A DNA stretch of 64,000 nt from Gemmatimonadales bacterium (GCA_965249575.1 OZ252244.1:3160702-3224701); one strand, 5' to 3'. Counted from the first letter of the stretch, positions 8,788 through 17,742 are shown. Made by a program: numbers and translations. The notes: generated by a model from the sequence alone, not told the origin.

Positions 8788-10284
8788 TCATGATTCACGT
8801 CGGCGCCGCACACCGCGGAGGGACAGGATCCCGAATCGATCTCTCATCTCGACCGCCCTTCCGTCGATGTCGGTCAATGATTGCGGCGCATCGAGCTTCC
8901 ATGTCGCGGCGGACACGATCAACAGCACAATCAAACCGGTGGCTGCTGCCAGCAGCTCCGAAGGCAGTGCATTCTCAGCAAACGCGTGATTCCAGTATTC
9001 GAATGCAATCCAACTCACGAGACCGCCCACCATACTCGCGACGGCACCGGCCTCATTTGCTTTCCTCCAGTAGATGGCCGCGGTCATGGGCACGAACAAC
9101 CCCACCATCAGTATCGAAAAGGATTTCACCATCAGCTGATAAACATTCTGAAAATACAGTGCGGTAAACAGGCCTAGCACACCGACAATCACAACGGCCC
9201 TGCGAGTTGCCCGCAACACGGCGGATTCGTCCAGGCCTGCGATTAGTACCCGCAACACGTTTTGCGCGAATATGCTGGCAGGCGCCAGCATTCCACCGTC
9301 TGCGGAGCTCATCAATGCCGAGAACATTGCGCCGGCAAACAAGGCCATACCCAGCGGCGGTAAATACACTTTGCCCATTTCCGGCAGGACAAAGGCGGGA
9401 TCGGCAATGTCAGGCAACACCACAGTGCCCGCGATTCCGATGAGAACAGGAATCATAGCAATGGTTAGATACAGAACAGAGCTGATGTACATACTCCATT
9501 GTGCGACGCGTTCGTCGCGCGAACTGAACACTCGCTGCAACAGGTCCTGCGAGGCGATGTTGCCGAGGCCGATCACGAGCAAGCCCTGCATGAACATGAT
9601 CCAGCCGTAGAATGACTGCTCGGGAGCCAATTGAAAGTGTTCCGCTGGCGCTTGCTGGGCCAATCCCTGCCATCCGCCGACATCGTCAAGGACCAGCGGG
9701 AATAGCACAAGCAGACCGGCGATGATGACGATGGCCTGGAAGAAGTCAGTCAACGACACCGCCCACATGCCACCTGAAAACGTGTAGCCAATCGTGAGCA
9801 CGGCACCGGCGACGATCGCAGTCTGAAAACCGAAACCCACGACCACGTTGAGGACCATGCCGAAGGCAACGAAGATCGAACCAACCCAGCCGATGTAGGC
9901 CGGAATGATGCTCAGTGCTGAAACGATCTCGGCAGTTCGGCCAAATCTCAAACGAAACAGATCTGGCAACGTCAGTAGTCTCAGCCGCCGCAGCACCCGA
10001 GCGTAGAAGATGCCGGCCAACAACAGACACAGCGCGGAGCCAAAGGGATTGGCGAGGACGCCGCGCAATCCACCAGTGTAGGCGGCGCCGGCGGCGCCAA
10101 TCAACGTGCCAGAGCCAAACCAGGTGGCGAAGACGGTAAAGACGCACAGGCCAAGCGGCAATTGCCTGCCCGCGACGATGAAATCGGCGCTATTCCGGAC
10201 ACGGCGACTGGCCACAATGCTGACGTACAGCAAAACGATTACGTACCCGATCGCACCGATAGCGACCAGTGACGACGTCTGCAC
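8788..10284 (-). CDS. Sodium:solute symporter (SSS/SLC5) family transporter
   Basis: DFIVAGR, ATWFGSGTLIG, YTFSGGMWAVSLTDFFQ and SALMSSAD motifs; many hydrophobic segments; RBS GAGGAG before the GTG. Confidence 0.9.
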   Translation of the reverse strand: MQTSSLVAIGAIGYVIVLLYVSIVASRRVRNSADFIVAGRQLPLGLCVFTVFATWFGSGTLIGAAGAAYTGGLRGVLANPFGSALCLLLAGIFYARVLRRLRLLTLPDLFRLRFGRTAEIVSALSIIPAYIGWVGSIFVAFGMVLNVVVGFGFQTAIVAGAVLTIGYTFSGGMWAVSLTDFFQAIVIIAGLLVLFPLVLDDVGGWQGLAQQAPAEHFQLAPEQSFYGWIMFMQGLLVIGLGNIASQDLLQRVFSSRDERVAQWSMYISSVLYLTIAMIPVLIGIAGTVVLPDIADPAFVLPEMGKVYLPPLGMALFAGAMFSALMSSADGGMLAPASIFAQNVLRVLIAGLDESAVLRATRRAVVIVGVLGLFTALYFQNVYQLMVKSFSILMVGLFVPMTAAIYWRKANEAGAVASMVGGLVSWIAFEYWNHAFAENALPSELLAAATGLIVLLIVSAATWKLDAPQSLTDIDGRAVEMRDRFGILSLRGVRRRRES

Positions 10285-10346
10285 TGTTTAGTTTCTCCTC
10301 ACCCGTAGACCGGTATCGCCCATTTCACCCACCTCCTTGGCTCGCC

Positions 10347-10590
10347 TCACCGAAGGGACATGACGGCACTTCGAGCGTGGAGCCAGTTTCCGAGCGCCCT
10401 GAGGCCCGACGCTCGTGTCGCGCGTGCCGGCGATCTCGACGCTGAAGGCGCAATCGCGAGTCTCCCATTGTTGGGCAGATCGTCTAAACCAATGTTTATG
10501 TAGGGCCAGATCAAGCGACCACGATCCGGGTGTTCCACGAGACCGTCTTTGTGTGCCGGTCCATCCGGAAACGCAGATGCTCTTCGGTCC
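10347..10590 (-). pseudogene. Possible phytanoyl-CoA dioxygenase (PhyH)-like gene relic
   Basis: PAHKDG ... IGLDDLPNNGRLAIAP ... NWLHARS resembles HxD...LDD...NG.L...PGSH...H. Short and without a convincing start. Confidence 0.25.
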
Positions 10591-10686
10591 GGTTTGTGGA
10601 GCCGGCAAGGGGCGGTGGTAGCGGTTGATCCACAGACCATGTCAAGTTGGCTGATATGACTCTTCGTCTTTGTAAGGAGATGGGAC

Positions 10687-11433
10687 GTGAGCGAAGAAAG
10701 GGTTGTCCTGATAACCGGATCGGCCACTGGGCTCGGTGCCGAGTTGATTCGGAGTTTCGCAGCCAAGGACTTTTGCGTAGTAATCAACTACCTCATGGAC
10801 GGCGAGGCGGATTCTCTTTGTCACGAGATCCAAGCCAAATACGGTCAGGCAGTGGTGTTGAAGTACCAGGCCGACGTGGCTAATCGAGCAGAAGTCAGAG
10901 CAATGTACGGCAAGATCATCGCAACGTTTGGCCGGGTAGACGTACTGGTCAACTGTGCCGGAATCAACCGCGATGCTCCGTTTGCCGCGATTACGGACGA
11001 CACGTGGGATTCCGTTATAGCTGCTCATCTAAAAGGGCACTTCGTATGTGGACAGGAATACGTATTCCACAATCCGGATCGTGAAGGTGTGATAATCAAT
11101 GTTGGGGCGGCTGCAGGATCAACCGGTCGGCCAAACGGGGCGAACTTCTGCGCGGCGAAGGCCGGTGTGATCGTCCTCACCAAGTGTATGGCACTCGAGC
11201 TAGCACCGAGAATACGAGTGAATTGTCTCATACCGGGATCTGTTAGAACGCGTGAGGTTACAGAGCGCTATGCCCTTGAAACTGAAGAGGGTCTGGCGAA
11301 AGAGCTGGCAACGCTACCAATGGATAGATTGGGAGAAGTCGAAGACGTTGCGCATATGGTCCATTGCATGGTCGATGCCAGGTTTACAACCGGCGCTAAC
11401 TTTTTCGTAAATGGCGGTCAGTACATGCAGTAG
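10687..11433 (+). CDS. SDR oxidoreductase, FabG-like, atypical active site
   Basis: TGSATGLG, VNCAGI and FVNGG motifs; YxxxK reads FCAAK; RBS AAGGAG. Confidence 0.85.
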   Translation: MSEERVVLITGSATGLGAELIRSFAAKDFCVVINYLMDGEADSLCHEIQAKYGQAVVLKYQADVANRAEVRAMYGKIIATFGRVDVLVNCAGINRDAPFAAITDDTWDSVIAAHLKGHFVCGQEYVFHNPDREGVIINVGAAAGSTGRPNGANFCAAKAGVIVLTKCMALELAPRIRVNCLIPGSVRTREVTERYALETEEGLAKELATLPMDRLGEVEDVAHMVHCMVDARFTTGANFFVNGGQYMQ

Positions 11434-11551
11434 GCACAAACGAGTGTCGACGTACTCGTCCTGTCCGCAAGCACAGTCGTGTCATATGACTTTCGCGTGT
11501 GCCGTCGAATAGGCCGGATGCCATCCGAACATTGGAGATCAAGGACGGTTA

Positions 11552-11848
11552 ATGAGCACAACCCATGAAAAAACGACGGGCTCGAAGGAAAGCGTCACGG
11601 GCGTTTCAGTCTTTACCTCGATAGTTACGGCGACAGTGGTAGGTGTTGGTGTCGTTTCTTTCTGGCGAGGTGTTTGGTATCTGTGGGATGTATTTACGCT
11701 TGTTCGTCCTGAAGACAAACTGCTCAGCGCTTTGGCATCGACGGTCGTCGGGATCATAATATCGACTGTGATGAGGACGTTTCATTCGGTGCTCGCTCCG
11801 CCAATGGGTCGTGCCGATATCCGTTCGCGCCAGTACAAAAACCAATAG
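11552..11848 (+). CDS. Small membrane protein with Fuseless-like WRGxWxLxD motif
   Basis: 98 aa with two hydrophobic segments, VVSFWRGVWYLWD and SVLAPP. RBS-like AAGGA upstream. Confidence 0.55.
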   Translation: MSTTHEKTTGSKESVTGVSVFTSIVTATVVGVGVVSFWRGVWYLWDVFTLVRPEDKLLSALASTVVGIIISTVMRTFHSVLAPPMGRADIRSRQYKNQ

Positions 11849-11899
11849 TCACGTCTGTGACGGTTCGTTGTGAGGGTCGGTACCGATGTTGAAGTTCCA

Positions 11900-12164
11900 G
11901 TCTCGCGCCCATCAGGGCCAATGAATGGGTCCATCGTCCCAGATCTTCCGAGCCCACGTTTTGGATCGCGACATCCTGGGTCGCGCTCTCGCCCGGTGCG
12001 ACCTCGCCGAACACGAGCCGCTCGTCAGACAACTCGATGTCCGATCCTTCGGTTACGTGATTGGCTGTGACGCGGGGTTGGGGTCCGGAGGCCGTCGGTA
12101 GGCCGCGTTCGGCACAGGCGGTCGCGATCGTGCTCAGGACGAGGGCAAGACCGATGCGTTTCAT
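11900..12164 (-). pseudogene. Decayed lipoprotein with Ig-like domain, copy 2
   Basis: MKRIGLALVLSTIATA-C signal and lipobox from ATG 12164. Frameshift after GSEDL: FIGPD continues in another frame. Truncated. Confidence 0.6.
11915..12154 (+). repeat. Inner direct repeat, right copy (B')
   Basis: Homologous to 8476-8713, offset ~3441. Confidence 0.9.
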
Positions 12165-12261
12165 TTGTTCCGGCACTGCTCGAGGTCGTCGCAAGTTCTT
12201 GGCCAGCACAGTGGCGGCGGACCTAACGGATTGGCGGTCTCGGAACAGGGCGGTTTCTCGG

Positions 12262-12412
12262 ACGGCGCTGCCGCCCGGCCTATTTGTCTCGGAGCGGCTT
12301 TGTCGCTTCTCCCCAAGCACCACGGCTGTGAGAATCCCTGCACGAACTTTGGATTCATGTATCCGCTAGGGGACTGCTCGGACCGAACCCGCGCTATGCC
12401 CCGCGTGGGGAT
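12262..12412 (+). repeat. Outer direct repeat, right copy (A'): decayed zinc-finger gene end plus live cupin 3' end
   Basis: Translates GCENPCTNFGFMYPLGDCSD with a Cys lost, frameshifts upstream and the TGA stop changed to CGA. Confidence 0.85.
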
Positions 12413-12735
12413 GGAGGTGGGGCCATCCCCACGAGCAGAACTGCGTCTTCCACGGCTTCGGCGATGCCATGAGGCACCCCCGCGTCGGCCCAGGCGAGAC
12501 CGCCAGGACCGAGCTCCCGCGTTTCGGTTCCAACCGTGATCCTCGCCTTTCCGCTCAGGACCAGGTAGAATTTGTCAGCGGCCTCGTGCTCGTGAATGCG
12601 CTGGGACTGCCCCCGGGAAAGGCAGTTGATCCCCACGAACAGGCGGTCGGACCGATAGCAGTCCGTTTTCTGCATCTTCTCCCGGCTGAACGTCGCCAGC
12701 GCGAGTAGATCCTTGAAATGACCATGCTCCTCCAT
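12394..12735 (-). CDS. Cupin domain protein
   Basis: HEH...K.Y.VLSG and G......AGVPHGI cupin motifs; RBS AGGAGG. Confidence 0.85.
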   Translation of the reverse strand: MEEHGHFKDLLALATFSREKMQKTDCYRSDRLFVGINCLSRGQSQRIHEHEAADKFYLVLSGKARITVGTETRELGPGGLAWADAGVPHGIAEAVEDAVLLVGMAPPPSPRGA

Positions 12736-12787
12736 GGATGCCTCCTAGTTGCAGACCGATGGACCCATCAGTGAACGGATCAGTCAC

Positions 12788-14200
12788 ATGAGTGAAACTC
12801 GTCTCGAGCGCGATCCCCTCGGGGAGTTGCCCGTACCGTCCTCGGCCCTCTACGGGGTCCAAACGGAGCGAGCCTGCCAGAACTTCCCGATCTCGGGCCT
12901 CAAGCCGACTCCCGCGTTCGTGGACGCGATGGTCCGGATCAAGAGGGCCGCTGCGCTCACCCACAAGACGACCGGCCGCCTCGACGGCTCCTTGGCAGAC
13001 GCCATCGTTCAGGCGGCCGACGAGATCCTCGCAGGGCAACACCGCGATCAGTTCGTGGTCGATCCGTACCAGGCGGGTGCCGGCACGAGTCACAACATGA
13101 ACACCAACGAGGTCCTGGCCAATCGAGCCAACGAGATCCTCGGGGGCAAGCGGGGCGAGTACCGCCCGGTCCACCCGAACGACCACGTGAACATGGCTCA
13201 GAGCACGAATGACACCATACCGACGGCGATCCGATTGGCGGCGCTCTCCATGCTGCCAAGAGTCGCAGGGGCGCTGACGGCACTGGCGGCCGAGTTTCTG
13301 GCGAAAGGCCGCGCCTTCGACGCTATCGTCAAATCGGGGCGGACCCATCTGCAGGACGCGACGCCGATCCGGTTGGGGCAGGAGTTCACGGCTTTCGGGC
13401 GGACGGTCGAGCGCAATCGTGACCGTATTCATGCGGCCGCGGACTCGCTCAGGGAGCTTGGCATTGGCGGGACGGCGGTCGGCACCGGGCTGAATGCCGA
13501 GCCGGAGTATCCGGGCCTGATGGTGAAATTCCTGAGCGACGCGACAGGCGAACTCCTGCGCGTCGGAGCCGATCGGGTTCAGCTCATGCAGTCGATGGGC
13601 GACGTAGCCGCCTTCAGCGGCGCGCTCCGTGCCTACACGCTCGATCTGAACAAGATCGCGAGCGATCTGCGCTTGCTCTCCTCCGGTCCCCGCACCGGCC
13701 TCGCCGAGATTCTGCTCCCGGCGGTGCAACCCGGCTCGAGCATAATGCCCGGCAAGATCAATCCGAGCATCGCCGAAATGGTCAATCAGGTGTGCTTCCA
13801 GGCTCTGGGGAACGACACGACCGTCGCTATGGCCGCCGAGGCCGGGCAGCTGGAACTGAATGTCATGATGCCGGTGATCGCCCACAATCTGGTGTTCTCG
13901 ATGGAGATACTCGCCAACGCGAGTCGGGTGTTAGCCGAGCGGTGTGTGGCGGGAATCGAGGCAGACGAGGCTCAATGCGCCCACTGGCTCGAGCGAAGCC
14001 CGGCGTTGGTAACGGCCCTGGCCCCCAAGATCGGGTATGCCGAGGCTGCCAAATTGGCAAAAGAGGCGGTCGAAAGGAACGTGACAGTGCGCCAACTCGT
14101 TGTAGATAAGGGGTTGCTGTCGGGGAGCGAGCTGGAGGAAACCCTTGATCTCCGTGCGATGACGGAGATCGGCGTGCCCGGGGAGCGGGGGAAAACTTGA
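12788..14200 (+). CDS. Aspartate ammonia-lyase / class II fumarate hydratase family
   Basis: GSSIMPGKINP signature, HPNDHVNMAQSTND and GRTHLQDATP. aspA vs fumC not resolved. Confidence 0.9.
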   Translation: MSETRLERDPLGELPVPSSALYGVQTERACQNFPISGLKPTPAFVDAMVRIKRAAALTHKTTGRLDGSLADAIVQAADEILAGQHRDQFVVDPYQAGAGTSHNMNTNEVLANRANEILGGKRGEYRPVHPNDHVNMAQSTNDTIPTAIRLAALSMLPRVAGALTALAAEFLAKGRAFDAIVKSGRTHLQDATPIRLGQEFTAFGRTVERNRDRIHAAADSLRELGIGGTAVGTGLNAEPEYPGLMVKFLSDATGELLRVGADRVQLMQSMGDVAAFSGALRAYTLDLNKIASDLRLLSSGPRTGLAEILLPAVQPGSSIMPGKINPSIAEMVNQVCFQALGNDTTVAMAAEAGQLELNVMMPVIAHNLVFSMEILANASRVLAERCVAGIEADEAQCAHWLERSPALVTALAPKIGYAEAAKLAKEAVERNVTVRQLVVDKGLLSGSELEETLDLRAMTEIGVPGERGKT

Positions 14201-14242
14201 TTTCCGACCCTGTTGTTCGGATATTCCGGGTGCGGAGGTGGC

Positions 14243-14692
14243 TTGCGGCTAACGACATGGGCTGAATACGGGCTGATCGTGACGCTTCATCTCGCGAAAC
14301 GGTCTGGTGGCCCATTCCCCGCACACGACATCGCGGAGGGGGAGGGTCTGCCCCCTGACTACGTGGAGCAGATTCTGCTCAAGCTTCGCCGCGCGGGCCT
14401 GGTGAGGAGCGTCCGCGGAGCAAAAGGCGAGTACCTGCTCGCGCGGGAGCCCGCGGACATTACCGTTCGCGACGTGGTCGCGGCGGCCGAAAACCACACC
14501 TTCGAGGTCAACTGCGACGTGCATCCCGTGGCGCCTGACCGATGTAGTCCTTCCTCCGCGTGCAGCATCCGGCCGCTATGGCGGGCGCTTCAGCAGCGCA
14601 TTGATGAGCTGCTCGACAGTGTTTCGCTGGCTGATCTGCAGCGGGAGGAATCCGCGGTCGTCGAGTTGGTCTCCGTTTCTGCACGACAGTAG
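14243..14692 (+). CDS. Rrf2-family transcriptional regulator (IscR/CymR-like, three Cys)
   Basis: YVEQILLKLRRAGLVRSVRGAKG wHTH and C-x9-C-x5-C. TTG start after GGAGG. Confidence 0.88.
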   Translation: MRLTTWAEYGLIVTLHLAKRSGGPFPAHDIAEGEGLPPDYVEQILLKLRRAGLVRSVRGAKGEYLLAREPADITVRDVVAAAENHTFEVNCDVHPVAPDRCSPSSACSIRPLWRALQQRIDELLDSVSLADLQREESAVVELVSVSARQ

Positions 14693-14776
14693 TAGGGCCC
14701 TCCGCGACGCCGGACTCCTCTTTCGATCCCCAACACAACTCGAGTAGGGCATTGAGACGAGAGTAGGAGGACTGGG

Positions 14777-15766
14777 TTGTCCCATTCGCAGGTCATACGG
14801 CCGATTGACCAGAGTCCCGAGGGCCGCGGGACCGGGGAGGCAGGCTGGCTCGAGCCACCGCTGTGGTCACTGGTTGGCAACACGCCGCTCGTGCCGCTGG
14901 CGCCGTCGCAGCCTTTCGAGCCGGCGGCCACCCTGCTGCTCAAAGCCGAGTGGCTCAACCCGGGTGGGTCGGTCAAAGATCGAGCTGCACGGGAGATACT
15001 GAGCGCCGGGTTGACCGAGGGGGCGCTTCCGGGGCGCAGGCTACTGGACGCCTCGAGTGGGAATACCGCGGTCGCCTACGCGATGCTCGGGGCCGCGGCG
15101 GGGGTTGGTGTGACGGTATGCGTGCCGGCCAACGCGTCGATCGAGCGGCGGAGTCTGTTGAAGGCGTACGGCGCCGAGGTCATTGAAACGGACCCGCTTG
15201 AAGGCAGTGACGGCGCGATTCAGCGGGCTCGAGCCCTCGCGGCGGAAGTGGGCGAGCAATACTGGTATGCCGATCAGTACGGCCACCCCGCCAACCCGGG
15301 AGCCCATTTGCGAACTACCGGACCCGAAATCTGGCGTGGCACCAGCGGTGCGGTCACGCACCTGGTGGCCGGCGTGGGTACGAGCGGTACGTTGATGGGT
15401 GCCGGGGCATACCTCAAGGAACGCCGTCGGGACATTCAACTCGTTGCTGTTGAGCCCGATGCCTCGCTGCATGGGCTCGAAGGTCTGAAGCGTATGGACA
15501 GCGCCCTGGTGCCCTCGATCTACGACCCGAGCCGAATCGACCGAACGTGCTTCGTAGCAACCGACGAGGCCGAGGATCGGGTTCGCAGCTTGGCGCGGGA
15601 GCGAGGCATCTTCGTGGGGTGGTCAACTGGCGCTGCCGTCGTAGCGGCAGAGTCGATTGTACGGGAGTACGTGACCGAGGGGGGTGAGCCCCCAGTGATC
15701 GTGATCATCGCGCCTGACGGGGGGCAGAGGTACTTGTCGGAGATCCGTCGCCTACTGAGCTCGTGA
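14777..15766 (+). CDS. PLP-dependent cysteine synthase family protein (CysM-like)
   Basis: NPGGSVKDR (PLP lysine), ASSGNT and GVGTSGT motifs. Confidence 0.9.
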   Translation: MSHSQVIRPIDQSPEGRGTGEAGWLEPPLWSLVGNTPLVPLAPSQPFEPAATLLLKAEWLNPGGSVKDRAAREILSAGLTEGALPGRRLLDASSGNTAVAYAMLGAAAGVGVTVCVPANASIERRSLLKAYGAEVIETDPLEGSDGAIQRARALAAEVGEQYWYADQYGHPANPGAHLRTTGPEIWRGTSGAVTHLVAGVGTSGTLMGAGAYLKERRRDIQLVAVEPDASLHGLEGLKRMDSALVPSIYDPSRIDRTCFVATDEAEDRVRSLARERGIFVGWSTGAAVVAAESIVREYVTEGGEPPVIVIIAPDGGQRYLSEIRRLLSS

Positions 15767-15809
15767 CGCCTCTCGTCGTGACGTATACGTTGTGAAGGAG
15801 CGAGACATT

Positions 15810-16988
15810 ATGGGTGTAAGTACCAGAACTCCACCGACCGAGGCGGTGCTTCCGGAGCTGACGCACGAGGAACTGCTTCGATATTCCCGCCACCTCATTT
15901 TGCCCGAGGTTGGCCCGGAAGGGCAACGGAAGCTCAAGGCTGCCCGCATCCTCCTGGTGGGTGCGGGTGGATTGGGCTCACCCGCGTCCCTGTACCTAGC
16001 TGCCGCGGGAGTCGGAACGATAGGGTTGGTCGATTTCGACGTCGTTGATGCGACGAATCTCCAACGTCAGATCGTCCATGGGACGGGCACGGTAGGCACT
16101 CCAAAACTCCAGTCGGCGACGGACAGGCTTCGCGATCTCAATCCGAACGTCCACGTCGAAGGGTTCGAGACGAGGCTCACGTCCGAGAACGCGCTAGAGA
16201 TTTGCCGTGATTTCGACATGGTGCTGGATGGGACGGACAACTTCCCGACTCGCTATCTGGTCAACGATACGTGCGTCTTGCTCGGGAAGCCAAACGTCTA
16301 CGGCTCGATTTTCCGCTTCGAGGGGCAGGCGTCGGTGTTTTACGCCGAGGCGGGACCCTGCTACCGCTGCCTCTACCGGGAGCCGCCCCCGCCGGGACTC
16401 GTGCCGTCCTGCGCCGAGGGGGGGGTATTGGGAGTCTTGCCGGGGATCATCGGAAGCATCCAGGCGATGGAGGCCATTAAAGTCGCGCTTGGCCGTGGGG
16501 AGACCCTGATTGGGCGACTGCTGCTGTTCGACGCGCTGAAGCTGCGCTTCAGGGAGCTGAAACTGAAAAAGGATCCCGACTGCCCGATCTGCGGTACCAA
16601 TCCGAGCGTGACCGAGCTCATCGACTACGAGGCGTTCTGCGGCATCGGGTCGGAGCCCCCTCCCCAGTCGGGAGACGAGGTCGATCCCGAGACGCTGGCT
16701 GACGAGATCGGCGGCAAGGAAGACCTGGTGGTAGTCGACGTTCGGGAATCCTACGAGTCGGAGATTTGCAGCATCGAGGGCTCGGTGCTCATACCGCTTG
16801 GCTCGCTTCCCGGCCGCCTCGCCGAGCTGGACGGGCACGCAGAGATCGTGACGTACTGCCACCACGGGATGCGCTCGATGCAGGCGCTACAAATACTGCG
16901 CGCAGCTGGATTCCCAAACGTCCGGAGCCTGAGAGGCGGGATCGACGCCTGGGCTGACGATGTCGACACGGATATGGCGAAGTACTGA
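15810..16988 (+). CDS. moeB: MoeB/ThiF adenylyltransferase with C-terminal rhodanese (MoeZ-like)
   Basis: RYSRH, GAGGLGS, NLQRQ, CYRC, SCAEGG, CPIC and rhodanese CHHGMRS. RBS AAGGAG. Confidence 0.9.
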   Translation: MGVSTRTPPTEAVLPELTHEELLRYSRHLILPEVGPEGQRKLKAARILLVGAGGLGSPASLYLAAAGVGTIGLVDFDVVDATNLQRQIVHGTGTVGTPKLQSATDRLRDLNPNVHVEGFETRLTSENALEICRDFDMVLDGTDNFPTRYLVNDTCVLLGKPNVYGSIFRFEGQASVFYAEAGPCYRCLYREPPPPGLVPSCAEGGVLGVLPGIIGSIQAMEAIKVALGRGETLIGRLLLFDALKLRFRELKLKKDPDCPICGTNPSVTELIDYEAFCGIGSEPPPQSGDEVDPETLADEIGGKEDLVVVDVRESYESEICSIEGSVLIPLGSLPGRLAELDGHAEIVTYCHHGMRSMQALQILRAAGFPNVRSLRGGIDAWADDVDTDMAKY

Positions 16989-17009
16989 TCTGGATCTCCC
17001 AGCTGCTGA

Positions 17010-17040
17010 CGGGCGGCCGGTGCCCAGCACCGGCCGCCCG
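17010..17040. terminator. Strong hairpin between convergent moeZ and tRNA-Leu, probable terminator
   Basis: cgggcggccggtgc-cca-gcaccggccgcccg, a perfect 14 bp stem; weak U tract. Confidence 0.6.
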
Positions 17041-17076
17041 CGTGCTTTCCGTATGTGAGGACTACTCTCCCGCGCG

Positions 17077-17161
<85 letters not shown>

Positions 17162-17184
17162 GGGAACCTTCCAAAGAGGAGCCG

Positions 17185-17214
17185 AATATAGACAGCAGTT
17201 TCACGGAGAGTCAA
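17185..17214 (-). promoter_or_regulatory. Sigma70-type promoter for tRNA-Leu
   Basis: TTGACT-18 nt-TATATT on the minus strand. Confidence 0.65.
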
Positions 17215-17222
17215 CCCTCCGC

Positions 17223-17251
17223 TTGACCACACGGAAGCGCTTCTCTATCTT
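17223..17251 (+). promoter_or_regulatory. Sigma70-type promoter for the smpB operon
   Basis: TTGACC-17 nt-TATCTT, back-to-back with the tRNA promoter. Confidence 0.65.
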
Positions 17252-17262
17252 GGAGTTAGCCC

Positions 17263-17742
17263 GTGTCACCGCGCCCCGTTTCGGCCCCTGAGGCCGGCGT
17301 GATTGTGGCCCGAAACCCCAAGGCCCGCCACGACTACCACATTCTCGACAAGTGGGAGGCGGGCCTTGCGCTCACCGGGTCCGAGATCAAATCGGTCCGG
17401 GCGGGTAAGGTCAGCCTGAAACAGGCGTTCGGCGTGGTTCGGGGTGGGGAGGTTTGGATAGAAGCAATGCACGTGTCGCCGTACGAGTCCGGGGGATATG
17501 CCAATCACGATCCGATCCGTCGTCGAAAGCTCCTGCTTCACCGACGCGAGATCCGCCGTCTGATCGGCGCGGTCCAACAGAAGGGGCTGACGCTGGTCCC
17601 ATTGGATCTGCATTTCACCCGGGGTCGGGCGAAGCTCACCATCGCTCTCGGGCGAGGCAAAAAGACCCACGACAAACGGCAGGACCTGAAGCAACGGGAT
17701 GCCGAACGGGAGCTGGCTCGCACCGTGGGCCGAAGGCGATGA
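17263..17742 (+). CDS. smpB: SsrA-binding protein
   Basis: N.KARHDY, EAGLALTGSEIKS, RKLLLHRREI and GKKTHDKR motifs. Confidence 0.96.
   Translation: MSPRPVSAPEAGVIVARNPKARHDYHILDKWEAGLALTGSEIKSVRAGKVSLKQAFGVVRGGEVWIEAMHVSPYESGGYANHDPIRRRKLLLHRREIRRLIGAVQQKGLTLVPLDLHFTRGRAKLTIALGRGKKTHDKRQDLKQRDAERELARTVGRRR

Noticed and set aside
10285-10680. Riboswitch upstream of the SSS transporter
   Set aside because: No recognisable TPP, SAM, glycine, cobalamin or other aptamer consensus by eye; an Rfam scan would be needed to exclude one fully.
11481-11490. Perfect palindrome gtcatatgac upstream of the Fuseless-like ORF
   Set aside because: A single 10-bp palindrome is expected by chance in 64 kb, and no second copy or cognate regulator was found.
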